Source of the DNA: Candidatus Latescibacterota bacterium | Lineage (GTDB): Bacteria > Latescibacterota > UBA2968 > UBA8231 | Reading direction: 5' to 3' | Length of the DNA: 64,000 nucleotides | NCBI GenBank assembly: GCA_965221775.1 | Contig: CBDCSU010000005.1 | Span: 288,001-352,000 of the forward strand | Shown here: positions 27,867-36,285 of the stretch, one piece after another | Layout of the letters: each line of letters starts with the position of its first letter | How positions within the stretch are numbered: position 1 is the stretch's first letter | The notes under the pieces: model-generated | What the model saw: the letters and a program-made list of their open reading frames with translations, nothing else | Database searches by the model: none | What the model was told of the DNA's origin: nothing | Position numbers and translations under genes: made by a program

Positions 27867-28730
27867 CTACTGCTCGGTGGGGGCGCTGCCGTCGGCGGCG
27901 GCGGTGGAGTCGGGCGCCGACGCCTGGTCGTGAAGCACGAGGAGGCGCACGTCCTTGAGGCCGATGGCGAACCGGGAGGAGCCGGCGTACCCGGTGAAGG
28001 CGGAGTCGACGCGGCTGTGGTACTGGTAGTCGCGCTCGCCGGCGAGGCGCACGGGGCTGGCCTCGACGGTGGCCGTGATCGTCTTCCCCGATCTCAGGGA
28101 GATGACGATCGGCCGGACCTCGATCCCGGCCTCCCTGAACTCGATCTTCTCGATCTTGCCCATGTCGAGACTGCGCCGCCTCCGGCCCTGCTCGAAGGCG
28201 AACTCCCGCTGGCCGCGGAAGAGAAGGTTCTGAACCTGGAACATGCGCCCCTTCTCGTTGACCACCGTCGCCCGCAGGGGCGGCTTCGGCTTGATCGGCA
28301 CGCCGGAGTCCGGATGGTGCATGACGACCTCGGCCACGTCGCGCAGCAGGATCGTGAAGGGGCCGAGCCGGGTCGAGCCCGTAGCGCTCTCCGGCGCGAT
28401 GCCGCCGCCGAGGGCCTCCACGTTGGCCGTGGTGGAGGCGATGACGTAGGTCCCGCGCTCCTCCTTGCCGGTGCGCATTCGAACCACGAGGTCCTGCTGC
28501 TCCTCGCGGGGACCGCTGGCGAATCGGAAACGGTCGATCTCGCGCAAGGGGACGTCCCGGCGGACGCTCCCTAGGTAGTACGACAGGGAGGTCTTGCCCC
28601 GGATCTTGAACTTCGTCAACTCGAAGCGGTTTCCCTGCCGGTCGATGAGGGTGGCCGCCAGGTCGGCCGCCGACGGCGCCGCCCCGAGGGCGAGGAGGCA
28701 GGAGGCGAGGGTGAGGATGCGAGCCGTCAT
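27867..28730 (-). CDS. Hypothetical secreted protein with an internally duplicated domain
   Basis: Start MTARILTLASCLLALGAAPSAA overlaps the upstream stop. Two similar ~125-aa halves. Confidence 0.7.
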   Translation of the reverse strand: MTARILTLASCLLALGAAPSAADLAATLIDRQGNRFELTKFKIRGKTSLSYYLGSVRRDVPLREIDRFRFASGPREEQQDLVVRMRTGKEERGTYVIASTTANVEALGGGIAPESATGSTRLGPFTILLRDVAEVVMHHPDSGVPIKPKPPLRATVVNEKGRMFQVQNLLFRGQREFAFEQGRRRRSLDMGKIEKIEFREAGIEVRPIVISLRSGKTITATVEASPVRLAGERDYQYHSRVDSAFTGYAGSSRFAIGLKDVRLLVLHDQASAPDSTAAADGSAPTEQ

Positions 28731-29422
28731 CAGCGCTGCGGCTCCTGCTGCTGCGTCTCCGGCCCCTCCTGCGTCTCGGTGCCCAGATCGATGATCACCG
28801 GCGTGGGCCGGCCGAAGGCGACCTCGAAGGACCGGATCTCGTCGAGCCCCGAGGGGCTGTTCTCGAGGCGCAGCTTGTAGGTGCCCACGGGCAGGATGAA
28901 GTAGCGCAACTCGCCGGTGGTCATGCCCCGGCCGAGGACGGTGCGCATGGTGTAGTCCAGGAAGAGGAACGGGATCTGGGTGAACCCCTGCCCGCCGGTG
29001 ATCAGGACCTGCACCCTGCCGAGCTGGAGGACGACGTGGGCCTCCTGCCCCATCTGGATCTTCACGCCGCGCTCGATGATGCTGTCCTTGATGTCGGTGT
29101 TGACGGTGACGTCGTAGGTGCCCGGGTCGAGGTCGACGACGAGCCGGTTCTCGGACCACGAACGCTCGAAGGCGGAGGGCGAGAAGGCGGAGGCCCTCGG
29201 CATGTCCTCGTAGACGATCTCTCCGCTCTCGGCGTCCTCGACGAAGAAGTTCAGCTCCTGGATGCCGCCGGCCTCGAGGAAGAGCCGGCCCTTGCCCTCT
29301 GGGATCGGGGGAGGTCCGTAGTCGGACCCGCCGCCGCTCTGGGTGCTGGCGCAGGAGAGCAGGAAACAGGACGCAAGAGGCGCGGCGCACCGCCGCCATG
29401 TCGATCGAATTCGGGAGGTCAC
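28730..29422 (-). CDS. Hypothetical lipoprotein with two beta-sandwich (PEGA/prealbumin-like) repeats
   Basis: Lipobox LLSC. LDPGTYDVTV and LPVGTYKLRL repeats. Confidence 0.65.
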   Translation of the reverse strand: MTSRIRSTWRRCAAPLASCFLLSCASTQSGGGSDYGPPPIPEGKGRLFLEAGGIQELNFFVEDAESGEIVYEDMPRASAFSPSAFERSWSENRLVVDLDPGTYDVTVNTDIKDSIIERGVKIQMGQEAHVVLQLGRVQVLITGGQGFTQIPFLFLDYTMRTVLGRGMTTGELRYFILPVGTYKLRLENSPSGLDEIRSFEVAFGRPTPVIIDLGTETQEGPETQQQEPQR

Positions 29423-29462
29423 AGGATCCTCCTTTCAGAGGAAGAACGCGTCTGTCGGGTAC

Positions 29463-31151
29463 CTAGTTCCCCGCCGGGGAATTGTCAACCAGGCGGACGA
29501 CGAGGATGTTCCTCTCCGGCCCCTCCACGGAACGGGCCTGGCGCCGGAAGGAACGTTCGTCCGTACGGAAATCGGGATAGGCGGCGGCCGTGGTCACGCC
29601 GCGCGCCAGCAGCTGGCTCCACAGCGGCTCCGCGCGCTTCACGAACCCCGCCGCCACCACGAAGTAGTCGGCGCCTTCCGCCGCCAGCGAGTCGAGCCGG
29701 GAGGCCTCGAAGAGATCCGGCGTGATCTGCCAGCCCTTGCGGTGGCAGTAGTAGAGCAGGGTCGGGCTCCGGGTGCGGAACGGGCCGCCGCGGTCCTCGT
29801 CGATGTCGCCGGTCACCAGCCGCGCGTCGGCCGGCATCCGCGCGTCGAGGACGCGTCCGGCGAGCTCGCAGCTGCGATAGTAGTTGTAGATGTTGTTCCC
29901 CGGGCGGTAGTAGTCGCCGACCTTCCAGAGACTGCCGGCGGCCACGGCCGCCAGGGCCAGACCCACCACCGCCCGGGCTCCGGGCGAGCCGGGACCGAGC
30001 CGCCGCAGCTGCCGCCCCGCCACCCCGGACAGGCGCGCGCCCCCCGGCTCCCACAGGGCGGCCAGGGGCGCGGCGGCGAGGATCGCCGCCGGCAGCGTGA
30101 AGGGCAGCTGGTAGTAGTGCAGCCGGCGGTTGCCCTCGGGGATCAGGAAGAGGTAGAGCAGCAGGCCGCCGAACCAGGCGTAGAGGGGCCACACCTCGCG
30201 CCCTTGCCGGGGACCGCCGTCACCGCGGGGCCACAGCCCGACGAGTCCGACCGCCGCCAGAAGGACGCCCATCGGCGTCAGCACGGCTTCGACGAACCGC
30301 CCCGCCATGAGGTGGTAGAAGCCGCCCTGCAGGAGCAGGTCGTGGCTCCACTTGTCGTAACCCCGGCGGCCCCAGATGCCGAAGGTGAGCCCCGTCTGCT
30401 CGAAGAGGCCGGCGGCGTGCACGTGCCAGGCCGCCGCCGGTGCCACCGCCGCCAGCAGGTAGAGCCACAGCGACCCGCGGCGCACGAAGGCAGGCCCCCA
30501 GCGGCCGAGGGCCATGGCCACGAGCGGGAATCCGAGGTACAGGGTCGGGATCTTCAGCGCGAAGCAGAGGCCGGCGATCCCGGCCGCGGCCAGCAGCCAG
30601 GCCGTCCCCTCCCGGCAGGCGCGGCCGAAGGCGCTCAGGGCGGCGGCGCTCAGCAGCAGCATGAGCGCCTCGGGCATGAAGGCGCGGCCGAAGAACAGGC
30701 TCAGGGGCAGCATCAGGTAGATCGCCGCGGCCAGGCGCGCCCCCGCGGCGCTCCCGAGCCAGGCGCGGGCCAGGCAGTACAGGGGGACGGCCGCGGCGGT
30801 GGAGAAGAGAGCCGCGAGCAACCGCCCCATCCACTCGTGGGCGCCGCCGGCCAGGGAGTAGAGGCAGGCCGCGAGGAAGGGGAAGAGGGGCAGGTTCATC
30901 TCCACGTAGCCCGGCGTGTTGCCGCGCCAGTCCACGCGGGGATGGAAGAGGGTGAGACCCTCCTCGTGGAAGTTGCGGGCGATGGCCGCCGTGTCGGCCT
31001 GGCGCCACGCCTGGTGGTCGATGAGGGGCGCCGTCACCTCCACGAGGCGGAGGCCGAGGCCGGCCGCCAGGAGCAGGAGGAGCCAGCGGTCGGACAGCAG
31101 GCGGCCGGGTCGCGAGTCGGCCGCCGGAGTGCTCTTCAGAAGGCCCGCCAA
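29463..31151 (-). CDS. GT-C fold membrane glycosyltransferase (ArnT/PMT, family 39-like)
   Basis: WRQADTAAIARNF, EMNLPLFP, GRLL, FFGRAFMPEAL, ALKIP and many TM helices. Start uncertain (TTG at 31151 chosen). Confidence 0.8.
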   Translation of the reverse strand: MAGLLKSTPAADSRPGRLLSDRWLLLLLAAGLGLRLVEVTAPLIDHQAWRQADTAAIARNFHEEGLTLFHPRVDWRGNTPGYVEMNLPLFPFLAACLYSLAGGAHEWMGRLLAALFSTAAAVPLYCLARAWLGSAAGARLAAAIYLMLPLSLFFGRAFMPEALMLLLSAAALSAFGRACREGTAWLLAAAGIAGLCFALKIPTLYLGFPLVAMALGRWGPAFVRRGSLWLYLLAAVAPAAAWHVHAAGLFEQTGLTFGIWGRRGYDKWSHDLLLQGGFYHLMAGRFVEAVLTPMGVLLAAVGLVGLWPRGDGGPRQGREVWPLYAWFGGLLLYLFLIPEGNRRLHYYQLPFTLPAAILAAAPLAALWEPGGARLSGVAGRQLRRLGPGSPGARAVVGLALAAVAAGSLWKVGDYYRPGNNIYNYYRSCELAGRVLDARMPADARLVTGDIDEDRGGPFRTRSPTLLYYCHRKGWQITPDLFEASRLDSLAAEGADYFVVAAGFVKRAEPLWSQLLARGVTTAAAYPDFRTDERSFRRQARSVEGPERNILVVRLVDNSPAGN

Positions 31152-32335
31152 CTGGGCGAACGCTCGTCCCGGTCGTCGGTTCGGGTGAGGTTGACGGGCA
31201 TCACCGGTCTCTCGGTGGTGTCGTCCCAGTCGAAGCCGGCGGCAGGCAGCAGGTAGATGTCGAAGGTGCCGAGTGACCGGCCCCTCTCGTCGGTGACGAA
31301 CTCGCCGTCCTCGCCGACCTTCATCTTCCCCGAGTAGGCCAGGCCGCGGCCATCGGGCGACCACGCCGGGTTGAGCTCGAAGGTGTTCTCCGCCACGGTG
31401 ACCCGCACCTGCTCGGTGAGGTCGCCACCGGCCACGAGCAGCTCCTGGCCGCCGAAGCGTTCGGAGGCCATCACCAGCCGCAGGCCGTCGGGCGACCACG
31501 CCGGCTGCTGGTCGATCTTCTTGTGCTCGGTGAGGCGGCGCATGCCGCTCCCGTCGACGTCGATCAGGTAGATCTCGTCGTTGCCCTCGGCGCTGGATGT
31601 GAAGGCGATCCGGCGGCCGTCGGGGCTCCAGGCGGGCTCCCGGCCCTCGACGAGCCTGCGCTTGTTGCCGCCGTCGGCATCCATCAGGTAGATGGCCACG
31701 TCCCCCTCCCGCTGGCTGACGAAGGCGATGCGCCCGCCGTCGGGAGACCAGGCGGCCCCCTGGTCGCGCTCGGCGTGCTCGGTGAGCCGGCGCCGGTCGC
31801 TGCCGTCGGCGTTCATCACCCAGACGTCGATGTTCGACATCACCGTGCCCTGGGTGAACAGGATCTGCCCGCCGTCGGGGGACCACTTCGGCTGCTTCTC
31901 CGCTTCGTAGGTGGCGGTGAGCCGCGAGACCTCGCCCGAGGCCACGTCGACGGTGAAGAGGTCCCAGTTGCGGACGCGGGTCGGCGTCGACGCGTAGAGG
32001 ATCGTGCCGGCGCGCTCGAAGGGGGCGTTGGCGCCGGAGGGAATGGAGAACTTCACCTGCTGCCGGGCGACGCCGCTCACCGGGGGCGAGTCCAGGGTCA
32101 GACGCCGGGTCTCCATGTACTCGCCGGCGACGACGGATACCCGGTAGTCCCCGCTCTTGAGATCCGAGTAGGTGGAGGTGCCGGCCTTTCCGAGCCGGTT
32201 GTGGTGCATCTGCAGGTCCTGCGCGTCGAGCCGCAGCAACTGCCCGTCGCCGCCCTCGATCTCGACGACGACCTCGTTGCTGCCGCATGCGGCCAGGGCC
32301 ATGCAGGCGGCGGTCAGGCTAGCTGCGTACCTCAC
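31136..32335 (-). CDS. TolB-like PD40 beta-propeller lipoprotein
   Basis: Lipobox LAAC, N-terminal beta-sandwich, five WSPDG repeats plus a terminal PSW. Confidence 0.85.
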   Translation of the reverse strand: MRYAASLTAACMALAACGSNEVVVEIEGGDGQLLRLDAQDLQMHHNRLGKAGTSTYSDLKSGDYRVSVVAGEYMETRRLTLDSPPVSGVARQQVKFSIPSGANAPFERAGTILYASTPTRVRNWDLFTVDVASGEVSRLTATYEAEKQPKWSPDGGQILFTQGTVMSNIDVWVMNADGSDRRRLTEHAERDQGAAWSPDGGRIAFVSQREGDVAIYLMDADGGNKRRLVEGREPAWSPDGRRIAFTSSAEGNDEIYLIDVDGSGMRRLTEHKKIDQQPAWSPDGLRLVMASERFGGQELLVAGGDLTEQVRVTVAENTFELNPAWSPDGRGLAYSGKMKVGEDGEFVTDERGRSLGTFDIYLLPAAGFDWDDTTERPVMPVNLTRTDDRDERSPSWRAF

Positions 32336-32441
32336 GTTTCCTCCGTGCGGGCTTCGGTTCGTCGAACGGGTTGGAGGGCGGTCCGCCGGCCGGTGACGGC
32401 GCGTGGGCCGCGGCGAAGCCGTCCCGAGGAGCGGTGCCGCC

Positions 32442-32942
32442 CTACTGGAACAGGTCCTTGACCTTGCCCCAGGTGCTGATGCTGACGTCGGTCGAGGCTC
32501 CCGGGGCGATGTCCGGCCACCCGGCCCCGGCGATTACCTGCCGGGCTTCGGCCCCGGGGCCGCTGGACACCACGGACCCCTCGTGCTCGATCAGGAGGTG
32601 GTCGGAGCCGCCGGCGGCGCGCTCGCGCAGCCAGCCGGCGACCGGCCCCGGCCTGGAGGACTCGGAGAGCAGCTCCTGCAGAGCCACCGTCGTCAACCCC
32701 GGGACCCGTGCGGGCGAGGGCGTGACGGCGGTCCACTCGACCTCCGGCAGGCCGCGGATCAGGCGATGGGTGGTCCGGGCGCGTTCGACCTGGCCTGCCA
32801 TGGCGGGATCGAAATAGAAATAGCAGTGGTGGCCGGCCGCCTCGGGGCCGGAGGCCCTCGACCCGGGCGGCCCCAGGAGGAGCAGGGCCAGCGCCAGGGC
32901 CGGCCCCGGGAGGATGCGCAGGGTGTCGTGGCTGGAGGTCAT
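32442..32942 (-). CDS. Small secreted hypothetical protein with C-terminal TWGKVK motif
   Basis: Signal-peptide-like ALALALLLLG. Ends STDVSISTWGKVKDLFQ*. ATGA overlap with the upstream gene. Confidence 0.6.
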   Translation of the reverse strand: MTSSHDTLRILPGPALALALLLLGPPGSRASGPEAAGHHCYFYFDPAMAGQVERARTTHRLIRGLPEVEWTAVTPSPARVPGLTTVALQELLSESSRPGPVAGWLRERAAGGSDHLLIEHEGSVVSSGPGAEARQVIAGAGWPDIAPGASTDVSISTWGKVKDLFQ

Positions 32943-33990
32943 TCCGCGCGCAGCGCGTCGTTGAGACGGATGCTGTCGACGCCTTCCAGGACCCGGCTCT
33001 TCGACAGGTGTTCGCTCAGGATCTGCTCGACCTGGATGGTGCCGACGCGGCTCGGCAGAGTCTTGCCCAGCACCTCGCCGGTCTCGGGGTCCGTCAGCTC
33101 CTGGCCCTGGTCCCAGACGGCGAACTTGTCGCCGTTCCGGATGCCGTCGGCCAAGCCGAGGTTAATGTACGCGACGGCGCCGTCTACTACCATGATCCTC
33201 CCGGCGACCTCGAGGGAGGGAGGGGGCCGGATCTGCTCGGCGATGGCGGCGGCGGCGTTCTTGGCCCAGGCCGCCAGGGCCTTGCCCACCAGGGACTCGC
33301 GGAAGGTGTCCGAATTCCAGGCGAGATCGTCGAGGAAGAAGTACTGCTTGTCGAGAGGGACGAAGGCGGCCGGGTTGGTGATCCCCGTGCGCTTGCTGTC
33401 CATCACCCCCTCGGTGGACAGCTCCCCTCCCCGGCGCCCGTCGATGGCGTTGACCAGGGTGAGGTCGGCCATGACGATGCCCTCGTAGCTGCGGTATCCG
33501 CCGAGGGGCACGGTGGCCTGGAACCGCTTCATCGTCAGCTCCTCGATGTTGCCGAGGATCACCCAGTCGGCGCCGAGAAAGGCGCCGATGCCGGCCGCGC
33601 GAGCGTGTCCGATCTCGCCGGTGAGCTCCGGCGGTTCCAGGTAGGCCAGGGCCGAGTCGACGGGGACGATGTGGTAGAAGCTGTTGTGGGCGAGGCTGTC
33701 GCCCAGGGTCCTCGCCAGGCCGCGGTGGATGTCCCAGGCCCCCTTGTACTTGGAGCTGTCGAGGAACGGCAGCAGCAGGATCTTCTGTCCCAGGAAGTCC
33801 GTGCCGTCGTGGGGGATCAAGGGCGGCGGCAGCGGCGCCTCGGCGGCCGGCTCGGCGGCGGGTTCCTCCGCCTCCTCCTCCTCCATCATCACCACCGACT
33901 CGAGGCCCGGCATGGTGGCGCAGGCCCCCAGGAGCAGGCCGCTCATGGCGAGAGCGGCGGCCAGGGGCGCCCGGCCCTTGACCGCCGGCC
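32939..33990 (-). CDS. FlgT/CsgG-like lipoprotein moiety (C-terminal part of the 32939..35275 ORF)
   Basis: KGRAPLAAALAMSGLLLGAC lipobox, poly-E/Pro linker, KILLLPF..., GADWVILGNI, FlgT_C-like AYINLGLADGIRNGDKFAV...LTDPETGEVLG. Boundary approximate. Confidence 0.65.
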
Positions 33991-35275
33991 GCGGCCTGCG
34001 GCTGCGCGCCAGGACGTACGGCCCCCGGGGGACGACCGCCACCGGCGCCTCTTCCCCGTGACCGATCCTGGCGGCCTGGATGCCCGCTTCGACGGAGGGG
34101 ACCGGCTCCACAAGGCCTCGCAGGTGGGGGCCGCCGGCGTCGACGCCCTCGCTGTAGAGCAGCACCCGGGCCCGGCGCAGGACCTTGCACAGCTCCTGGA
34201 GCTGCCACTGGTCGATGCGGAAGAACCCGGGGTCCTTGAGCCTCTCCTCGAAGGCCTCGACGCTCTCCGTCTCCTCGAGGAGCTGGACGAACTCGGGGCT
34301 GCCCAGGCCCTCGGCGCAGCGCGCCGCCAGCACGATCGTGCCCCCGTCGGCGACCACGGGCCGCACCGCGGTCAGTCCCTTGACCGCCTGGTAGAAGGTC
34401 AGGTCCAGGGGATAGCCGGCGCTCGTGGTGACCACGATCGGGACCGGCTCCTCGACCCAGGCGGAGGCCCCGGCCTCGACGAAGGCCACCCCCGCCGCGT
34501 GGGCCTCCTCGAGATCGCCGGCGAAGATCCCCGTCACCTCCCTGCGGTGGTTCATGGCCACGTTGAGGGTGAAGTCCACGCCGACCCGCAGGGCGACTTC
34601 GAGAGCCTGGCGGTGGAACGGATTGCCGTCGATGACGCCCTCCGCCGACCGGGGGTGACTCATCAGCTCGGGCCCGTGGAGCACCCGGATCGTGTCGACG
34701 CCCACGATCCCGGGGCAGACCGCCTTGCGGCCCCCGGAGTATCCGGCCATCAGGTGCGGCTCGATCAGAGAGGTGGCGATCTTGAGGTCGGCCTCGACGT
34801 AGAGCCGGTCGATCCAGATCGGCGCACCGCCGGAAGTCCGGCCGAGATGGACGAGGCTCTCGCGGTCGCGGGCCCTGTGGTTCTCGATCCGGTAGTCGGC
34901 GGCCACCCGCGCCCCCACGAGCCGGACCAGCTCCTCTCCCTCGTTGGGCCGGTGCAGGCCGGTCCCCACCAGGATGGTGATGTTCCGGCGCTCGATCCCG
35001 GCCTCTTCGAGGGTGCGCAACAACGGCGGCAGGATGACGGGGTTGGGCACGGGCCGGGTGATGTCGGAGATGACGACGCAGGCGCTGCGGCGGCCCCGGG
35101 CCAGCCGCGCCAGGGCGGGGGCCCCGATCGGCTGCCGAAAGGCCTCCTCCAGCCGGGCGTCGACATCGTCCAGGGCGGGCACGTCGGCCATGTCCAGGAT
35201 CCGGGCCGCGGCCGGGATCTCTGCCTCGAGGCCGTGCTCTCCGTAGTCCAGGCGCAGGCGGCGGGTGGATGGCAT
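32939..35275 (-). CDS. larA: Nickel-pincer-dependent lactate racemase family protein (LarA-like, N-terminal ~425 aa), in frame with the lipoprotein
   Basis: VVISDITRPVP, GTGLHRP, ENH, IEPHLMAGYSGGRK, GYPLDLTFYQAVKG, CAEGLGS, DQWQ. Confidence 0.8.
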   Translation of the reverse strand: MPSTRRLRLDYGEHGLEAEIPAAARILDMADVPALDDVDARLEEAFRQPIGAPALARLARGRRSACVVISDITRPVPNPVILPPLLRTLEEAGIERRNITILVGTGLHRPNEGEELVRLVGARVAADYRIENHRARDRESLVHLGRTSGGAPIWIDRLYVEADLKIATSLIEPHLMAGYSGGRKAVCPGIVGVDTIRVLHGPELMSHPRSAEGVIDGNPFHRQALEVALRVGVDFTLNVAMNHRREVTGIFAGDLEEAHAAGVAFVEAGASAWVEEPVPIVVTTSAGYPLDLTFYQAVKGLTAVRPVVADGGTIVLAARCAEGLGSPEFVQLLEETESVEAFEERLKDPGFFRIDQWQLQELCKVLRRARVLLYSEGVDAGGPHLRGLVEPVPSVEAGIQAARIGHGEEAPVAVVPRGPYVLARSRRPRPAVKGRAPLAAALAMSGLLLGACATMPGLESVVMMEEEEAEEPAAEPAAEAPLPPPLIPHDGTDFLGQKILLLPFLDSSKYKGAWDIHRGLARTLGDSLAHNSFYHIVPVDSALAYLEPPELTGEIGHARAAGIGAFLGADWVILGNIEELTMKRFQATVPLGGYRSYEGIVMADLTLVNAIDGRRGGELSTEGVMDSKRTGITNPAAFVPLDKQYFFLDDLAWNSDTFRESLVGKALAAWAKNAAAAIAEQIRPPPSLEVAGRIMVVDGAVAYINLGLADGIRNGDKFAVWDQGQELTDPETGEVLGKTLPSRVGTIQVEQILSEHLSKSRVLEGVDSIRLNDALRAE

Positions 35276-35288
35276 CCGTCCTCCTTCC

Positions 35289-36161
35289 TCAGAGGCGGGA
35301 GCGCAGGTAGTCGGCGAAGGCCGGGCCGTTCTCGGGGTCGGCGAGAGCGAAGTCGGCGAAGGCCCGGTAGTAGGTCAGTGGGGTTCCGATGTCGTAGCGC
35401 CGTTCGCCCGGGGCCAGCTGCACGCAGCGGACGCCGTCCCCCCATTCGAGGAGGCGGCGGATCGCGTCCGTGAGCCAGATCTCCCCGTTCATCCCCGGGT
35501 CGGTTGCGGCGATCGCCTCGAAGATGCGCGGGGTGAAGACATAGCGGGCGGCCACGGCCAGGCGGCTCGGGGCCTCCGAGGCGGCCGGCTTCTCGACGAT
35601 GCCGTCGATGGCGAAGGCCCCCCCGGCCCGGTCCTCGGCCGGCCTCACCACGCCGTACCTGGAGGTCTCTTCCAGCGGAACCTCCCAGACGGCGATCGTG
35701 GCGCTGGCGCCGGAGCGCTCGTGCTCGTCCACCAGGCGGCGGACGACGCCCGGTTGGCCCTGGGAGGCGAGGATCGTGTCGCCGAAGCCGACGACGAAGG
35801 ACTCGCCGCCGACGAACTCGGCCGCCAGCCGCACGGCATCGGCATTGCCCAGGGGACGCCGCTGCCGGACGTAGAAGAACTCGACACTCTCGCGGTCGTA
35901 GTCGACCTCCCCGATCCGGTCCTTGGCGCCGACGCGCGACTCGAGCTCCGGGTCGTCGTCGAAGTGGTCCTCGATGGACCGCTTCTTGCGGCCCGTGACG
36001 AAGAGGAACTTGCCGACCCCCTGCTCGATCATCTCCTCCACCACGTACTGGACCACCGGCTTGTAGCCTACGGGCAGCATCTCCTTGGGCTGGGACTTGG
36101 TCGCCGGCAACAGGCGAGTCCCCAGGCCGGCCACGGGCAGCACGGCTTTGTCGATCGCCAT
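35289..36161 (-). CDS. galU: UTP--glucose-1-phosphate uridylyltransferase
   Basis: KAVLPVAGLGTRLLPATKSQPKEMLPV, VTGRKKRSIEDHFD, VRQ..PLG, IVEKP, GEIWLTDAI, RYDIG. Confidence 0.9.
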   Translation of the reverse strand: MAIDKAVLPVAGLGTRLLPATKSQPKEMLPVGYKPVVQYVVEEMIEQGVGKFLFVTGRKKRSIEDHFDDDPELESRVGAKDRIGEVDYDRESVEFFYVRQRRPLGNADAVRLAAEFVGGESFVVGFGDTILASQGQPGVVRRLVDEHERSGASATIAVWEVPLEETSRYGVVRPAEDRAGGAFAIDGIVEKPAASEAPSRLAVAARYVFTPRIFEAIAATDPGMNGEIWLTDAIRRLLEWGDGVRCVQLAPGERRYDIGTPLTYYRAFADFALADPENGPAFADYLRSRL

Positions 36162-36285
36162 CGGAGACCTTTCGGATCGGGCTGGATTGCAGCAATCTAG
36201 GGGTGGTTTCGATTTCAGCAAGGCGCGGGGAGGCCGCGAGGCCGCCGCCTGCGCGGCCCCTCGGAAGGGCCGGGATCGCCTCGAT

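Noticed and set aside
31136-32335. Genuine tolB of a Tol-Pal operon
   Set aside because: It lacks the TolB N-terminal domain, has no adjacent pal/tolA, and is a lipoprotein.
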